Assembly (NCBI GenBank): GCA_963767925.1
Contig: CAVYGB010000008.1
Span: 960,001-1,024,000, forward strand
Source: an uncultured delta proteobacterium
GTDB lineage: Bacteria > Myxococcota_A > Polyangia > Fen-1088
Direction: 5' to 3'
DNA: 64,000 nt
Under the pieces are notes generated by a model, which saw nothing but the letters and a program-made list of their open reading frames with translations, was not told the DNA's origin and ran no database searches. Of the stretch, positions 11,449 through 21,134 are shown in pieces. Every line of letters begins with the position of its first letter. Position 1 is the first letter of the stretch. The position numbers were made by a program, and so were the translations under genes.

Positions 11449-12479
11449 TGCGGGCCGCCCTGTTTCGGGGCTTTGGCGGGCCGGAGGTCATGGAGGTGGG
11501 GGAGGTCCCCGATCCGGTGGCCGGGCCGGGCGAGGTGCTGGTGCGGGTGCGGGCCGCCGCCCTCAACCACATGGATCTCTGGCTGCGCCGGGGCCTGCCC
11601 GCGCTGCGGGTCCCCTTGCCCCACGTCCCGGGCGGCGACATCTGCGGGGTGGTGGCGGGGCTCGGACCGGGGGCGCCGGCCCTCCCGGAGGGCCAGCGGG
11701 TGGTGGTCAATCCCGGGCTGTCCTGCGGCCGCTGCGCGCGCTGCCTGTCGGGCGAGGACAACCTCTGCCCGGAGTACCGGATGGTGGGCGAGCAGACCTG
11801 GGGCGGGCAGGCCGAGCTGGTGGCGGTGCCGGCCGCCAACCTGGTGGCCGCGCCCGCGGGCGTCGACGACGCCGAGCTGGCCTCCCTGCCGATCGTGTTC
11901 CTCACCGCCTGGCAGATGCTGGTGGACAAGGCCCGGATCCGCCCGGGCGAGACCGTGCTGGTCATCGCCGCCGGCTCGGGGGTGGGGGTGGCGGCGATCC
12001 AGATCGGCCGGCTGTTCGGGGCCCACGTCATCGCCGCCGCCTCGAGCGACGCCAAGCTGGCGCGGGCCCGCGAGCTGGGGGCCGAGGTGGGCATCAACCA
12101 GACGACGAGCGACCTGCACGCCGAGCTCAAGCGGCTCACGGGCGGCAAGGGCGTCGACGTCGTGGTCGAGCACACCGGCGGCGACGCCTTCCGTACGGCG
12201 GTGCGGGCCTGCGCCAAGGGCGGCCGGATCGTCACCTGCGGCGCCACCGCAGGCCACGAGCCGCCCCTCAACCTGCGCTACGTTTTTTGGCACCAGATCT
12301 CCATCCTGGGCTCCACCATGGCCCCCAAGGGTCGCCTCCACCGCATCCTGCAGCTGGTCGGCGAACGCAAGCTGCGGGGGGTTGTCGACCGGGTCTTGCC
12401 CCTGGCCCAGGTGGCCGAGGCCCACGCCGCCCTGGAGGCCCGCTCGGTGATCGGCAAGCTCGTCCTCTCGCTCGACTGA
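11448..12479 (+). CDS. Zinc-binding dehydrogenase / quinone reductase (MDR superfamily)
   Basis: GTG overlaps the upstream TAG; ALNHMDLW, HVPGGD, structural Zn CGRCARC-x7-C, AAGSGVG, GKLVL. Confidence 0.9.
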   Translation: MRAALFRGFGGPEVMEVGEVPDPVAGPGEVLVRVRAAALNHMDLWLRRGLPALRVPLPHVPGGDICGVVAGLGPGAPALPEGQRVVVNPGLSCGRCARCLSGEDNLCPEYRMVGEQTWGGQAELVAVPAANLVAAPAGVDDAELASLPIVFLTAWQMLVDKARIRPGETVLVIAAGSGVGVAAIQIGRLFGAHVIAAASSDAKLARARELGAEVGINQTTSDLHAELKRLTGGKGVDVVVEHTGGDAFRTAVRACAKGGRIVTCGATAGHEPPLNLRYVFWHQISILGSTMAPKGRLHRILQLVGERKLRGVVDRVLPLAQVAEAHAALEARSVIGKLVLSLD

Positions 12480-12508
12480 GCCGCGGGGGCGCGTTGCGAG
12501 GCGCCGGC

Positions 12509-13909
12509 TCAGCGCCGGCCGGAGGCGAGGTTCTGGATCTCGGTGGCGGAGAGGACCCGGGTGTAGATGCGGACCTCGTCGATGTGGCCGTCGAAGTCGC
12601 GATCCGTGTCGCCGTCCCCGTGGCGGCCCACCCAGAGCTCGTCGCCCGCGATGTAGTCGACGTTCCCGTCCAGGCCGTTCGAGCAGCGCTCCTGGCCGTC
12701 GAAGTAGACCTTCATGCCGGAGGTCGAGGTGCTCGCCGCGACGTGGTGCCACTGGCCGTCGAGGCTGTTGCCGACGGTGCCGAGGCAGCGCTCGAACCCG
12801 CCCGAGGTGCGCTTGACGAACTGGGCGCCCGTGGGAAAGAGGCGGAGCATGTACTGATCGCCGGCGCTGACCAGGTCCGAGCCGGGATCGGCGTTGTCCT
12901 GGTCGACGCGGGTGGCCCGGTACCAGACACTGATCGTGAAGCTGTTGGCCGGCCGCAGGGCCGCGGGCAGGGTCGCCAGGCGCACGCCCTGGCGGGCCGA
13001 GATGGCGAAGGACCGGCTGCGCGGATCGGGGAACATCAAGGTCGGGACTTCGGTCGAGGGCTGGGGCGAGCTGCTGTTGCCCGTGTATTGGCCCTCGAGA
13101 CCGTTGCCCGACCCATCGAGGGCGGTGCTTCCGCTCGTCTCGTCGAAGCTCCAGTACAGCGCGGGGGTCGTGCCGGCCGCGACACAGGCGTCGATGAAAC
13201 AGACGTTGCCGGCGGTGCATTGTGCCCCGCCGGTGCAGCTGGTGGCGCAGGCCGAGGCCCCGCAGACGAAGGGGGCGCAGCTCCGGGCCGACGCAGGCAG
13301 ACAGGTGCCGCGGCCGTCGCAGCCGGAGGCGCCCGTCTCGGTCGAGCCGGTGCAGCGGGACGGCGCGCAGGTCGTCCCCACCGGCTGCAGGCGGCAGGCG
13401 CCCGCGCCATCGCACCCCCCGTAGCGGCCACAGGTGGCGGCGGTCTGGGCGGGACACTCAGAGCGTGGATCGGCCCCCACCGGCGCGATGGTGCAGGTGC
13501 CGACGGTGCCGAAGATCTTGCAGCTCCGGCAGAGCTGCAGGCAGGCCTGGTCGCAGCAGACCCCCTCCGAGCAGACCCCCGACTGGCAGGCGTCCCCTGC
13601 CACGCAGCCGACCCCGTTGGCGAGCAACGCGCCGTCGGGCGGCCGGGTGTCGGGCCCCGGCCCATCCGGTGCTACCAGGTCGGGCGGTCGTCCGTCCGGG
13701 ATCGGGAGGTCGGACAGGAGGGTATCCGCCACCGGGCCGTCGGGCGGCGGGGGCTCGAGGGGGCGGTCCCGACCGGGCGTCGCGTCATGGACGGCCGAGT
13801 CGGGATCCATGGCCGTGGGGCCGTCCTCGGAGAAAATGATGGTCGGTGGTGTGAGGTTCACACAGCCCGCAACCAGCGCCAGAAGCGCCAGCCGAAGGTA
13901 TCGCGACAT
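12509..13909 (-). CDS. Lipoprotein with Cys-rich repeats and C-terminal LamG/ConA-like domain
   Basis: Lipobox LVAGC; Pro/Asp linker; CxxGxCCxxxC-type Cys-rich region; YWSFDE..DGSGNG...FTISVW...WHHVA...YFDG...GHIDEVRIYTRVLS. Confidence 0.85.
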   Translation of the reverse strand: MSRYLRLALLALVAGCVNLTPPTIIFSEDGPTAMDPDSAVHDATPGRDRPLEPPPPDGPVADTLLSDLPIPDGRPPDLVAPDGPGPDTRPPDGALLANGVGCVAGDACQSGVCSEGVCCDQACLQLCRSCKIFGTVGTCTIAPVGADPRSECPAQTAATCGRYGGCDGAGACRLQPVGTTCAPSRCTGSTETGASGCDGRGTCLPASARSCAPFVCGASACATSCTGGAQCTAGNVCFIDACVAAGTTPALYWSFDETSGSTALDGSGNGLEGQYTGNSSSPQPSTEVPTLMFPDPRSRSFAISARQGVRLATLPAALRPANSFTISVWYRATRVDQDNADPGSDLVSAGDQYMLRLFPTGAQFVKRTSGGFERCLGTVGNSLDGQWHHVAASTSTSGMKVYFDGQERCSNGLDGNVDYIAGDELWVGRHGDGDTDRDFDGHIDEVRIYTRVLSATEIQNLASGRR

Positions 13910-13989
13910 GCTGCAGCGATCATCGGTATCTCAGGGAATTTCCTTGAATCCTGGGCGGGCTGCGCCGCCTTTTGCCGCGGAGTTTGCGC

Positions 13990-14039
13990 TTGACGAGGTG
14001 GGGGGGGCGGTTCTATGACTCTTACGTGAGCGTAAGGGT
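13990..14039 (+). promoter_or_regulatory. Putative sigma70-type promoter plus MerR-type palindromic operator upstream of the merR-isc operon
   Basis: TTGACG (13990-13995), 18 nt, TATGAC (14014-14019); imperfect 22-bp dyad ACTCTTACG-tgag-CGTAAGGGT at 14018-14039. Confidence 0.6.
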
Positions 14040-14046
14040 TTGAATC

Positions 14047-14535
14047 ATGGACGTCCCCGCACAGACGCTGTCGCTCCTCAAGGTCGGGGAGCTGGCTCGC
14101 CGTACCGGCAAGACCGTGCGGGCGATCCATCTGTACGAGGAGCTGGGCCTGCTCACCCCTGCGGTCCGCTCCAAGGGCGGCTTTCGACTCTACTCCGCGC
14201 GGGCGGCCTCGCGCATCGAGTGGATCCAGAAGCTCCAGGACATGGGCTTCTCGCTCACCGAGATCAAGGCCTTCCTCCGGGTGTGGGAGGCGAGCGCCAC
14301 CGCCCCCAAGGCGATGGCCACGGTACGGGAGATCTTCGCCGACAAGCTGCGCGAGACCCGCGAGACCATCGCTCGGCTCAGCCGGCTGGCCGACGAGCTG
14401 CAGGAGAGCCTGGCCTACCTGGATAGCTGTCGCTCGTGCGAGCCGGTGCACACCCAGCCCGAGTGCGGCACCTGCGAGCTTCACGGACACGAAGGTCGAG
14501 CCCCACTCCTCGTTGACGGCATCACAAAGCACTGA
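14047..14535 (+). CDS. MerR-family transcriptional regulator with C-terminal CxxC-x8-CxxC motif
   Basis: [34 protein letters not shown] (MerR HTH), GFSLTEIK, coiled coil, then [16 protein letters not shown]. Confidence 0.92.
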   Translation: MDVPAQTLSLLKVGELARRTGKTVRAIHLYEELGLLTPAVRSKGGFRLYSARAASRIEWIQKLQDMGFSLTEIKAFLRVWEASATAPKAMATVREIFADKLRETRETIARLSRLADELQESLAYLDSCRSCEPVHTQPECGTCELHGHEGRAPLLVDGITKH

Positions 14536-14536
14536 C

Positions 14537-15754
14537 ATGGCAATCAAGCTCCCCATCTACATGGACAACCACGCCACCACCCCCGTCGATCCGAGGGTGG
14601 TCGAGGCGATGTTACCCTTCTTCACCGAGCACTTCGGCAACGCCGCGAGCCGCTCGCACGCGTTCGGCTGGGCCGCGGAGAAGGCGGTCGACCGAGCCCG
14701 CGAGCAGGTCGGGGCCCTGATCGGCGCCAGCGGCAAGGAGATCGTCTGGACCTCCGGGGCCACCGAGTCGAACAACCTCGCCATCAAGGGCGCGGCCGAC
14801 TTCTACCGCGACCGGGGCAATCACATCGTCACCGCCCAGACCGAGCACAAGGCGGTGCTCGACACCTGCAAGCGCCTGGAGAAGCAGGGCTTCCAGGTGA
14901 CCTACGTCCCGGTCGATCGCGACGGGCGGGTCAACCCCCAGGTGGTGGCCGCGGCGATGACCGACAAGACCATCCTCGTGTCGATCATGCTGGCCAACAA
15001 CGAGATCGGCACCGTCAACCCGGTGCAGGAGATCGGCCAGGTGGTCAAGAGCCGGGGGGCGCTGTTCCACATCGACGCCGTCCAGGGCGTCGGCAAGATC
15101 CCCTTCGACGTGACGAGCGCGAGCGCCGATCTGGTCTCGCTCTCGGCCCACAAGATGTACGGGCCCAAGGGCGTTGGCGCGCTTTATGTCCGGCGCAAGC
15201 CCCGGGTGCGGCTGCAGCCCCTCATCGATGGCGGCGGCCACGAGCGGGGGATGCGTTCGGGGACGCTCAACGTGCCGCTCATCGTCGGCTACGGGCTGGC
15301 GGCGGAGATCGCCCAGAACGAGATGGCGGTCGAGAGCGCCCGGATGCTGAGCTTGCGCGAGCGGCTGCGGCAGGGCATACAGGCCCGCGTGAGCGACACC
15401 TTCGTCAATGGATCGATGGAGCATCGCCTGCCCGGCAACCTCAACATCAGCTTCGCCTACATCGAGGGGGAGGCCATGTTGATGGGGCTCAAGGACGTGG
15501 CGGTCTCCTCGGGCTCGGCCTGCACCTCGGCCTCCCTCGAGCCGTCTTATGTCCTGCGGGCGCTGGGGGTCGAGGAGGAGATGGCTCACACGTCGATCCG
15601 GTTCGGGCTGGGACGATTCAACACCGAGGAAGAGGTCGACTACGTGACCGAGATCGTTGTCGACAAAGTCAACAAGCTGCGCGAGATGTCGCCTCTTTAC
15701 GAGATGGCGAAAGAGGGCATCGACATCAAGAGCGTGCAGTGGGCGGCCCACTGA
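14537..15754 (+). CDS. iscS: Cysteine desulfurase IscS
   Basis: [41 protein letters not shown]-terminal SPLYEM...VQWAAH. Confidence 0.97.
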   Translation: MAIKLPIYMDNHATTPVDPRVVEAMLPFFTEHFGNAASRSHAFGWAAEKAVDRAREQVGALIGASGKEIVWTSGATESNNLAIKGAADFYRDRGNHIVTAQTEHKAVLDTCKRLEKQGFQVTYVPVDRDGRVNPQVVAAAMTDKTILVSIMLANNEIGTVNPVQEIGQVVKSRGALFHIDAVQGVGKIPFDVTSASADLVSLSAHKMYGPKGVGALYVRRKPRVRLQPLIDGGGHERGMRSGTLNVPLIVGYGLAAEIAQNEMAVESARMLSLRERLRQGIQARVSDTFVNGSMEHRLPGNLNISFAYIEGEAMLMGLKDVAVSSGSACTSASLEPSYVLRALGVEEEMAHTSIRFGLGRFNTEEEVDYVTEIVVDKVNKLREMSPLYEMAKEGIDIKSVQWAAH

Positions 15755-15781
15755 TTATCGAGAGCTCAGGAGACAGCAAAC

Positions 15782-16216
15782 ATGGCGTACAGCAACAAGG
15801 TGATTGACCACTACGAGAACCCGCGCAACGTGGGGAGCCTCGACAAGAACGACCCTTCGGTGGGGACCGGCCTGGTCGGCGCGCCCGCCTGCGGCGACGT
15901 CATGAAGCTGCAGATCAAGGTGACCCCCGACGGGGTGATCGAAGACGCGAAGTTCAAGACCTTCGGCTGCGGCTCGGCCATCGCCTCCTCGTCGCTCGCC
16001 ACCGAGTGGATCAAGGGGATGACGGTCGATCAAGCGATGGCGATCAAGAACACCCAGATCGTCGAGGAGCTGAACCTCCCGCCGGTCAAGATCCACTGCT
16101 CGGTGCTGGCCGAAGACGCCATCAAGAGCGCGATCGCGGACTACAAGAGCAAGCAGGGCCAGGCCCAGGCTCCGGGGGCCGAGCCGGCGCCCGCCGCCCC
16201 CCCGGCCGGCCGGTAA
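15782..16216 (+). CDS. iscU: Fe-S scaffold IscU
   Basis: MAYSNKVIDHYENPRNVG, PACGDVM, FGCGSAIASSS, LPPVKIHCS; AGGAG RBS. Confidence 0.97.
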   Translation: MAYSNKVIDHYENPRNVGSLDKNDPSVGTGLVGAPACGDVMKLQIKVTPDGVIEDAKFKTFGCGSAIASSSLATEWIKGMTVDQAMAIKNTQIVEELNLPPVKIHCSVLAEDAIKSAIADYKSKQGQAQAPGAEPAPAAPPAGR

Positions 16217-16278
16217 CCCCCGGCCCGCCGGAGCATCGAAGCCAGAGAAGCAGGCGACAAGGAAAAGGAGAACAGGCC

Positions 16279-16614
16279 GTGGCCATCCAGGTGTCCGAAC
16301 GAGCGGTGAAGGAGATCCAGCGGGCCGCCTCCGGCCGACCGAACAGCCCCAAGGGGTTGCGCGTCGGCATCCGGGGCGGCGGCTGCACCGGGTTTTCCTA
16401 CATGTTCGAGTGGTCCGACCAGGAGCCGCGGCCCGAGGACACCGTGCTCTCCTACGAGGAGGGGGTGGTCCGGGTGTTCATCGATCCCAAGAGTCTGGTC
16501 TTCCTGGACGGATCGACCCTGGACTACGCCACCACGCTGATGGCTCGAGGATTCAAGTGGCAGAACCCCAACGCGAAAGGGACCTGCGGCTGCGGCGAGA
16601 GCGTCCAGTTCTAG
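16279..16614 (+). CDS. iscA: A-type Fe-S carrier IscA
   Basis: GGGCTGFSY and NPNAKGTCGCGES; GTG start after AAGGAG. Confidence 0.93.
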   Translation: MAIQVSERAVKEIQRAASGRPNSPKGLRVGIRGGGCTGFSYMFEWSDQEPRPEDTVLSYEEGVVRVFIDPKSLVFLDGSTLDYATTLMARGFKWQNPNAKGTCGCGESVQF

Positions 16615-16615
16615 T

Positions 16616-16642
16616 TCCGGATCCCCGCGAGGGGAGACCGGA
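16616..16642 (+). terminator. GC-rich hairpin between iscA and hscB (terminator-like or mRNA stability element)
   Basis: TCCGG-A-TCCCC-GCGA-GGGGA-GA-CCGGA with a GNRA loop; no U-tract. Confidence 0.35.
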
Positions 16643-16651
16643 GGGAAGCCG

Positions 16652-17317
16652 ATGATCTGCTGGTCGTGTGAGAAGGACGCGGGACGTGGCGTCTCGTGCC
16701 AGGGCTGTACCGCCATCCAGCCGGCGGTCTCCGGGCTGGACCACTTCGCCGTGCTGGGCGCCGTGCCCCGCTTCGCCGTCGACGAGGGCGAGCTCGAGCG
16801 GCGGTACCGCGAGGTGAGCCGGCAGGTGCATCCCGACCGGTTCGCGCGGGCGGACGCCCGGGCCCGCCGGGCCTCGCTGGCCCGCTCGGTGCAGCTCAAC
16901 CAGGCCTGGAAGACCCTGCGCGATCCGGTCAAGCGGGCCGAATATCTGCTCGAGCTGGCCGGCATCGAGGTCGGCGCCGAGGAGGGGACCCGTCGGACCG
17001 GCGCGGACGGCAAGAAGGAGCGGGTGCCGGTCCCTCAGGAGCTGCTGCTCGAGGTGCTGGAGCTGCGCGAGACCCTGCAGGAGGCGCGGCAGGCCGGTGA
17101 CCGCGCCCAGATCGCGACCCTGACCGCCGACGTCCGCGCCCGCAAGGCGCGGGCGATGGCGGCGGTGGCGGCGGCCCTGGGGAGCGAGCCGCCCGGGCTG
17201 GAGATCGCCTCCCGGGAGCTGGTGGCGGTCCGCTACCTGGATCGCTTCCTCGCAGAGGTCGCCTCCCACGAAGACGGCGCGTCGTCGCCCGGCCCGGAGG
17301 TGGCGCGTGCCGGCTGA
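16652..17317 (+). CDS. hscB: Co-chaperone HscB with N-terminal tetra-Cys domain
   Basis: CWSC...CQGC, J-domain HPD (VHPDRF), [19 protein letters not shown]. Confidence 0.93.
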   Translation: MICWSCEKDAGRGVSCQGCTAIQPAVSGLDHFAVLGAVPRFAVDEGELERRYREVSRQVHPDRFARADARARRASLARSVQLNQAWKTLRDPVKRAEYLLELAGIEVGAEEGTRRTGADGKKERVPVPQELLLEVLELRETLQEARQAGDRAQIATLTADVRARKARAMAAVAAALGSEPPGLEIASRELVAVRYLDRFLAEVASHEDGASSPGPEVARAG

Positions 17318-19298
17318 GGCCCTCTTCCAGATCTCGGAGCCGGGCGCCTCGCGGTCCAAGGAGGCCTGTGCCCCCGGGACCTCGCGGGCGGTCGGGATCG
17401 ACCTCGGCACCACCAACTCGCTGGTGGCGGTGGTGGCCGATGGCGTCCCCACCTGCCTCGCCGACGACGTCGGGGCGACCCTGGTCCCCTCGGTCGTCCA
17501 CTACGCCGCGGACGGCAGCGTGGTGGTGGGAGGGCGGGCCAAGGACGAGCTGGCGCCGCAGCAGCCCCAGGACACCATCGCCTCGGTGAAGCGCTTCATG
17601 GGTCGGGGCAGCGGCGATGCCGACGCCACCCGGGCGCTCACCACCTACCGCTTCGTCCCCGCCGATCCCGGCGCAGGGGTCGTGCGCTTCGCGGTGGCCG
17701 GCGGCGCGCGGGCGGTCACCCCGATGGAGGTCTCGGCCGAGATCCTGCGGGTGCTCAAGGCCCGGGCGGAAGCCGCCCTCGAGGGACCGCTCGACGGCGC
17801 CGTCATCACGGTGCCGGCCTACTTCGACGAGGGACAGCGCCAGGCAACCCGGGACGCGGGGCGGCTGGCCGGCCTCGAGGTCCTGCGCCTGCTCAACGAG
17901 CCGACCGCGGCGGCGCTGGCCTACGGGCTGGACAAGCAGGCGGAGGGGACGTTCGCCGTATTCGATCTCGGCGGTGGGACCTTCGACATCTCGGTGCTCG
18001 CCCTGCAAGGTGGGGTCTTCGAGGTCAAGTCCACCGGCGGCGACTCCGCCCTCGGCGGCGACGACTTCGACCGGGCCATCGCCGGCTGGATGCTGGAGTG
18101 GATGGCCCTGCCGGCCGACGCAGGCGGGGATCCGGCGCTGGCTCGCCGGGTGCTCGACGCCGCCCGCGCCGCCAAGGAAGCCCTGACGGAGGCGCCCGCC
18201 ACCGACGTCACCATCGCGCGGGGCGGGGGGGCAGCGGCCTTCTCGGCAACCCTCGATCGGGCCACCCTGGAGGCGCTGGTCCAGCCGGTCCTCGACCGCT
18301 GCGGGCCGCCGGTCCGGCGGGCCCTCCAGGACGCCGGGGTCCGGCGCGAGGATCTCCAGGGGGTCATCCTGGTGGGCGGGGCCACCCGCATGCCGCTCGT
18401 GCGCCGGTTCGTGCGCGACCTGTTTCAGCGCGACCCGCTGGCCGACATCGATCCCGACCAGGTGGTGGCGCTCGGCGCGGCCATCCAGGCCGACCTGCTG
18501 GCTGGCTCCGGTCGCGATGACGTCGTGTTGCTGGACGTGGTGCCCCTGTCGCTCGGGCTCGAGATGATGGGCGGGGTGGTCGAGAAGCTGGTCCACCGCA
18601 ACACGACCGTCCCGGCGGGCGCCACCCAGACCTTCACGACCTACGCCGACAACCAGACCGGCTTCGACCTGCACGTGCTGCAGGGCGAGCGGGAGCTGGC
18701 CGCCGACTGCCGCTCCCTTGCCCGCTTCAAGCTGACCGGCATCCCCCCGCTGCCCGCCGGCCTGGCCCGGCTGGAGGTGACCTTCCTCGTCGACGCCGAC
18801 GGGATCCTCCACGTCTCGGCCCGGGAGCTGGCGACCGGCAAGGAGACCGCCATCCAGGTCAAACCGAGCTACGGCCTCACCGACGAGGAGGTCGAGCGCA
18901 TGTTGCTGGACTCGTTCACCCACGCCGAGGCCGACCTCTCTCGCCGTTCGCTGGCGGTGGAACGGGTAGAGGCCGAGCGCATCCTCATGGCGACCCGATC
19001 GGCCATGGAGGCCACCCCCGATCTGCTGACCGAGGAGGACCGGAAGGGGATCGCCGCCGGCACCCTCGAGGTCGAGCGGGCCCGCACGGGAGCCGACGCC
19101 GGGGTCCTGCGCGCCGCCGTCGAGGGGCTCGACAACGCCGCCCGCGCCTTCGTCGAACGCCGCATGAACCGGGCCCTCGAGGTGGGGCTCCGCGGCCGGA
19201 AGGTCGACGACGCCCTGGCCGAGATGGAGAGCGCGCCCGGCGCGCACCCCGCCGGCGAACACTCTCACGGCGGTGAGCACCGCCACGGAAGTCGATGA
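17307..19298 (+). CDS. hscA: Fe-S chaperone HscA (Hsp70)
   Basis: LFQISEPG N-terminus, [30 protein letters not shown]; position in the isc operon. Confidence 0.95.
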   Translation: MPAEALFQISEPGASRSKEACAPGTSRAVGIDLGTTNSLVAVVADGVPTCLADDVGATLVPSVVHYAADGSVVVGGRAKDELAPQQPQDTIASVKRFMGRGSGDADATRALTTYRFVPADPGAGVVRFAVAGGARAVTPMEVSAEILRVLKARAEAALEGPLDGAVITVPAYFDEGQRQATRDAGRLAGLEVLRLLNEPTAAALAYGLDKQAEGTFAVFDLGGGTFDISVLALQGGVFEVKSTGGDSALGGDDFDRAIAGWMLEWMALPADAGGDPALARRVLDAARAAKEALTEAPATDVTIARGGGAAAFSATLDRATLEALVQPVLDRCGPPVRRALQDAGVRREDLQGVILVGGATRMPLVRRFVRDLFQRDPLADIDPDQVVALGAAIQADLLAGSGRDDVVLLDVVPLSLGLEMMGGVVEKLVHRNTTVPAGATQTFTTYADNQTGFDLHVLQGERELAADCRSLARFKLTGIPPLPAGLARLEVTFLVDADGILHVSARELATGKETAIQVKPSYGLTDEEVERMLLDSFTHAEADLSRRSLAVERVEAERILMATRSAMEATPDLLTEEDRKGIAAGTLEVERARTGADAGVLRAAVEGLDNAARAFVERRMNRALEVGLRGRKVDDALAEMESAPGAHPAGEHSHGGEHRHGSR

Positions 19299-19675
19299 TG
19301 CCGAAGCTGCGATTCGAACCGGATGGCATCGAGGTGGAGGTCCCGGTGGGGAGCACCATCCTCGAGGCCGCCCGCCGGACCGATGCCCACGTCGGATCGG
19401 CCTGCGGGGGCGTGTGCGCCTGCTCGACCTGCCACGTCTACGTGAAGGACGGCCTGCAACAGCTCTCCTCGGTGAGCGACCGCGAGGAGGACATCATGGA
19501 CAAGGCCTTCGACGTGCGGCCCACCTCCCGGCTCGGTTGCCAGGCCAAGCTGCTGGCCGAGCGGACCTACGTGATCGAGATCAGCCCGGAGAGCCGCAAG
19601 GCCTTCCTCGACGAGCATCCGGAGATCCGCAACGCGCTGGCCTCGGCGCAGACGGTGGGCCGGGCCGCGCCGTGA
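19295..19675 (+). CDS. fdx: ISC [2Fe-2S] ferredoxin
   Basis: [11 protein letters not shown]...RLGCQ; ATGA overlap with hscA. Confidence 0.93.
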   Translation: MMPKLRFEPDGIEVEVPVGSTILEAARRTDAHVGSACGGVCACSTCHVYVKDGLQQLSSVSDREEDIMDKAFDVRPTSRLGCQAKLLAERTYVIEISPESRKAFLDEHPEIRNALASAQTVGRAAP

Positions 19676-20121
19676 GCGCGCCCCACATCATCTTTTACGA
19701 CGGCGTCTGCGGCCTGTGCGACCGGCTGGTGCAGTTCGTCCTGCGACGGGATCCGGGCGGCCGCTTTCACTACGCCACCCTGCAAGGGGCCTTCGCCGGC
19801 CGGGAGCTTCCCCCCCGGGGTGGCCGGCCGGCCGACCTCGACACGGTCCTGGTGCTGACCGCCGACGGGCGGCTCCTGCACAAGTCCCGGGCGGTGCTGT
19901 TCGTGCTGCGCGAGCTGGGCGGAGCCTGGGCGGCCGTCGCCTGGCTGCGGGTGGTGCCCCCGGCCCTCACCGATCGAGCCTACGACCTGGTCGCGCGCCT
20001 GCGCTACCGGTGGTTCGGACGGCTCGACGCTTGCCGGGTGCCCGGCCCCGGCGAGCGGGATCGTTTCATCGAAGATCGATCGGAGCCGCTCAGGGCAGCG
20101 ATCCCTGCCAGGGGCCGTTAG
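19672..20121 (+). CDS. DCC1-like thiol-disulfide oxidoreductase (DUF393)
   Basis: GTG overlaps the fdx stop; IIFYDGVCGLC (DxxCxxC), YDLVARLRYRWFG. Confidence 0.88.
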   Translation: MSAPHIIFYDGVCGLCDRLVQFVLRRDPGGRFHYATLQGAFAGRELPPRGGRPADLDTVLVLTADGRLLHKSRAVLFVLRELGGAWAAVAWLRVVPPALTDRAYDLVARLRYRWFGRLDACRVPGPGERDRFIEDRSEPLRAAIPARGR

Positions 20122-21124
20122 CCTCCCGGCCGGCCCAGGCCATGGGTCGGCTGGCGGAGGCCGTCAGCTCGCCCGCCGACACGACGATGATGCCGGTGGG
20201 GGCCTTGTCGCCGATGAGGGCCACCGCCCGCTGGGCCGCCTGCTGGGCGCTCGCGCCCGCCGCCAGCCAGCCGTGGACGGTGTGGGCGAGCATGGCCTCC
20301 ATGATCCGCTCGCCGGTGCCGGTGGCGGCCGCCGCCCCGTGGGAGCCGGCGAACAGCCCGGCGCCGTAGATCGGGACGTCACCCACCCGTCCGCGCAACA
20401 TGACCGCGGTGCCGCCGGTGGAGAGGGCCACGCCGAACCGACCGTCGGGGGCGCGAACCGCCACCCCCACCGTGTCGGTGCCGGCGTCGCTCGCCTGCAG
20501 GCCGAGGGTGCGCGGGTCGAGGGCGTAGTTCCAGCGCGCGCGCCACTCGGAGGTGCGCCAGAATTCGGGCAGGTCGGGGGCGGCCTGCCGGATCTTCTCC
20601 TTGATCTTCTCGGTCGACTCCCGCCGGGCCGGGGTGGCGGTGTCGTAGTCGGCGTGCCCGAGCGCGCGGGCAAAGCGGGTCGCGCCGTCGCCCATCAGCA
20701 ACAGGTGGGGCGTGTCGAGCACGGCGCGGGCGACGAGCACCGGGTTCTTCACCCGCTCGAGGCCGGCGACCGCCCCGAAGCGGCCGCTGGAATCCATCAC
20801 CGAGGCGTCCATCTGGATCGAGCCGTCGAGGCGGACGATGGCCCCGGTGCCGGCGTTGAAGCGGGGGTCGTCCTCGAGGAGGGTGACCGCCTTGACCGCC
20901 GCGGCCAGCGGGTCGCCGGTCACCCCCAGCTCGGCCAGGGCGGCGTCCACCGCCGCCCGACAGCCGTCGGCGTGCTGGGGGTCCGAACCGACGCCGCCGT
21001 GGGCGACCGCCGCGGCCTTCCAGGGCGTGGGCGGTCGGGCAGCCGGCTTGTTCATGGCGTCGGTCGAATCCCGGCAGCCGACCGCCACCAGGAGCAGGGC
21101 CCCGACAAGCAGGGAGCTTCGCAT
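20090..21124 (-). CDS. Isoaspartyl peptidase/L-asparaginase (Ntn hydrolase), lipoprotein
   Basis: Lipobox VAVGC; HGG, LEDDPRFNAGTG, MDASVMD, DTVG autocleavage site, STGG, GRVGD, TGTGE. Confidence 0.9.
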   Translation of the reverse strand: MRSSLLVGALLLVAVGCRDSTDAMNKPAARPPTPWKAAAVAHGGVGSDPQHADGCRAAVDAALAELGVTGDPLAAAVKAVTLLEDDPRFNAGTGAIVRLDGSIQMDASVMDSSGRFGAVAGLERVKNPVLVARAVLDTPHLLLMGDGATRFARALGHADYDTATPARRESTEKIKEKIRQAAPDLPEFWRTSEWRARWNYALDPRTLGLQASDAGTDTVGVAVRAPDGRFGVALSTGGTAVMLRGRVGDVPIYGAGLFAGSHGAAAATGTGERIMEAMLAHTVHGWLAAGASAQQAAQRAVALIGDKAPTGIIVVSAGELTASASRPMAWAGREANGPWQGSLP

Positions 21125-21134
21125 GGCGCCGACG

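Noticed and set aside
9448..12479. Calling this a phosphonate biosynthetic gene cluster
   Set aside because: No PEP mutase or phosphonopyruvate decarboxylase in the window; kept only as an orphan fusion
14015..14045. Classical MerR-activated promoter ATGACT-19 bp-TTGAAT around the dyad
   Set aside because: The putative -10 ends 1 nt before the ATG, so transcription would start inside the CDS; the upstream TTGACG/TATGAC pair fits better
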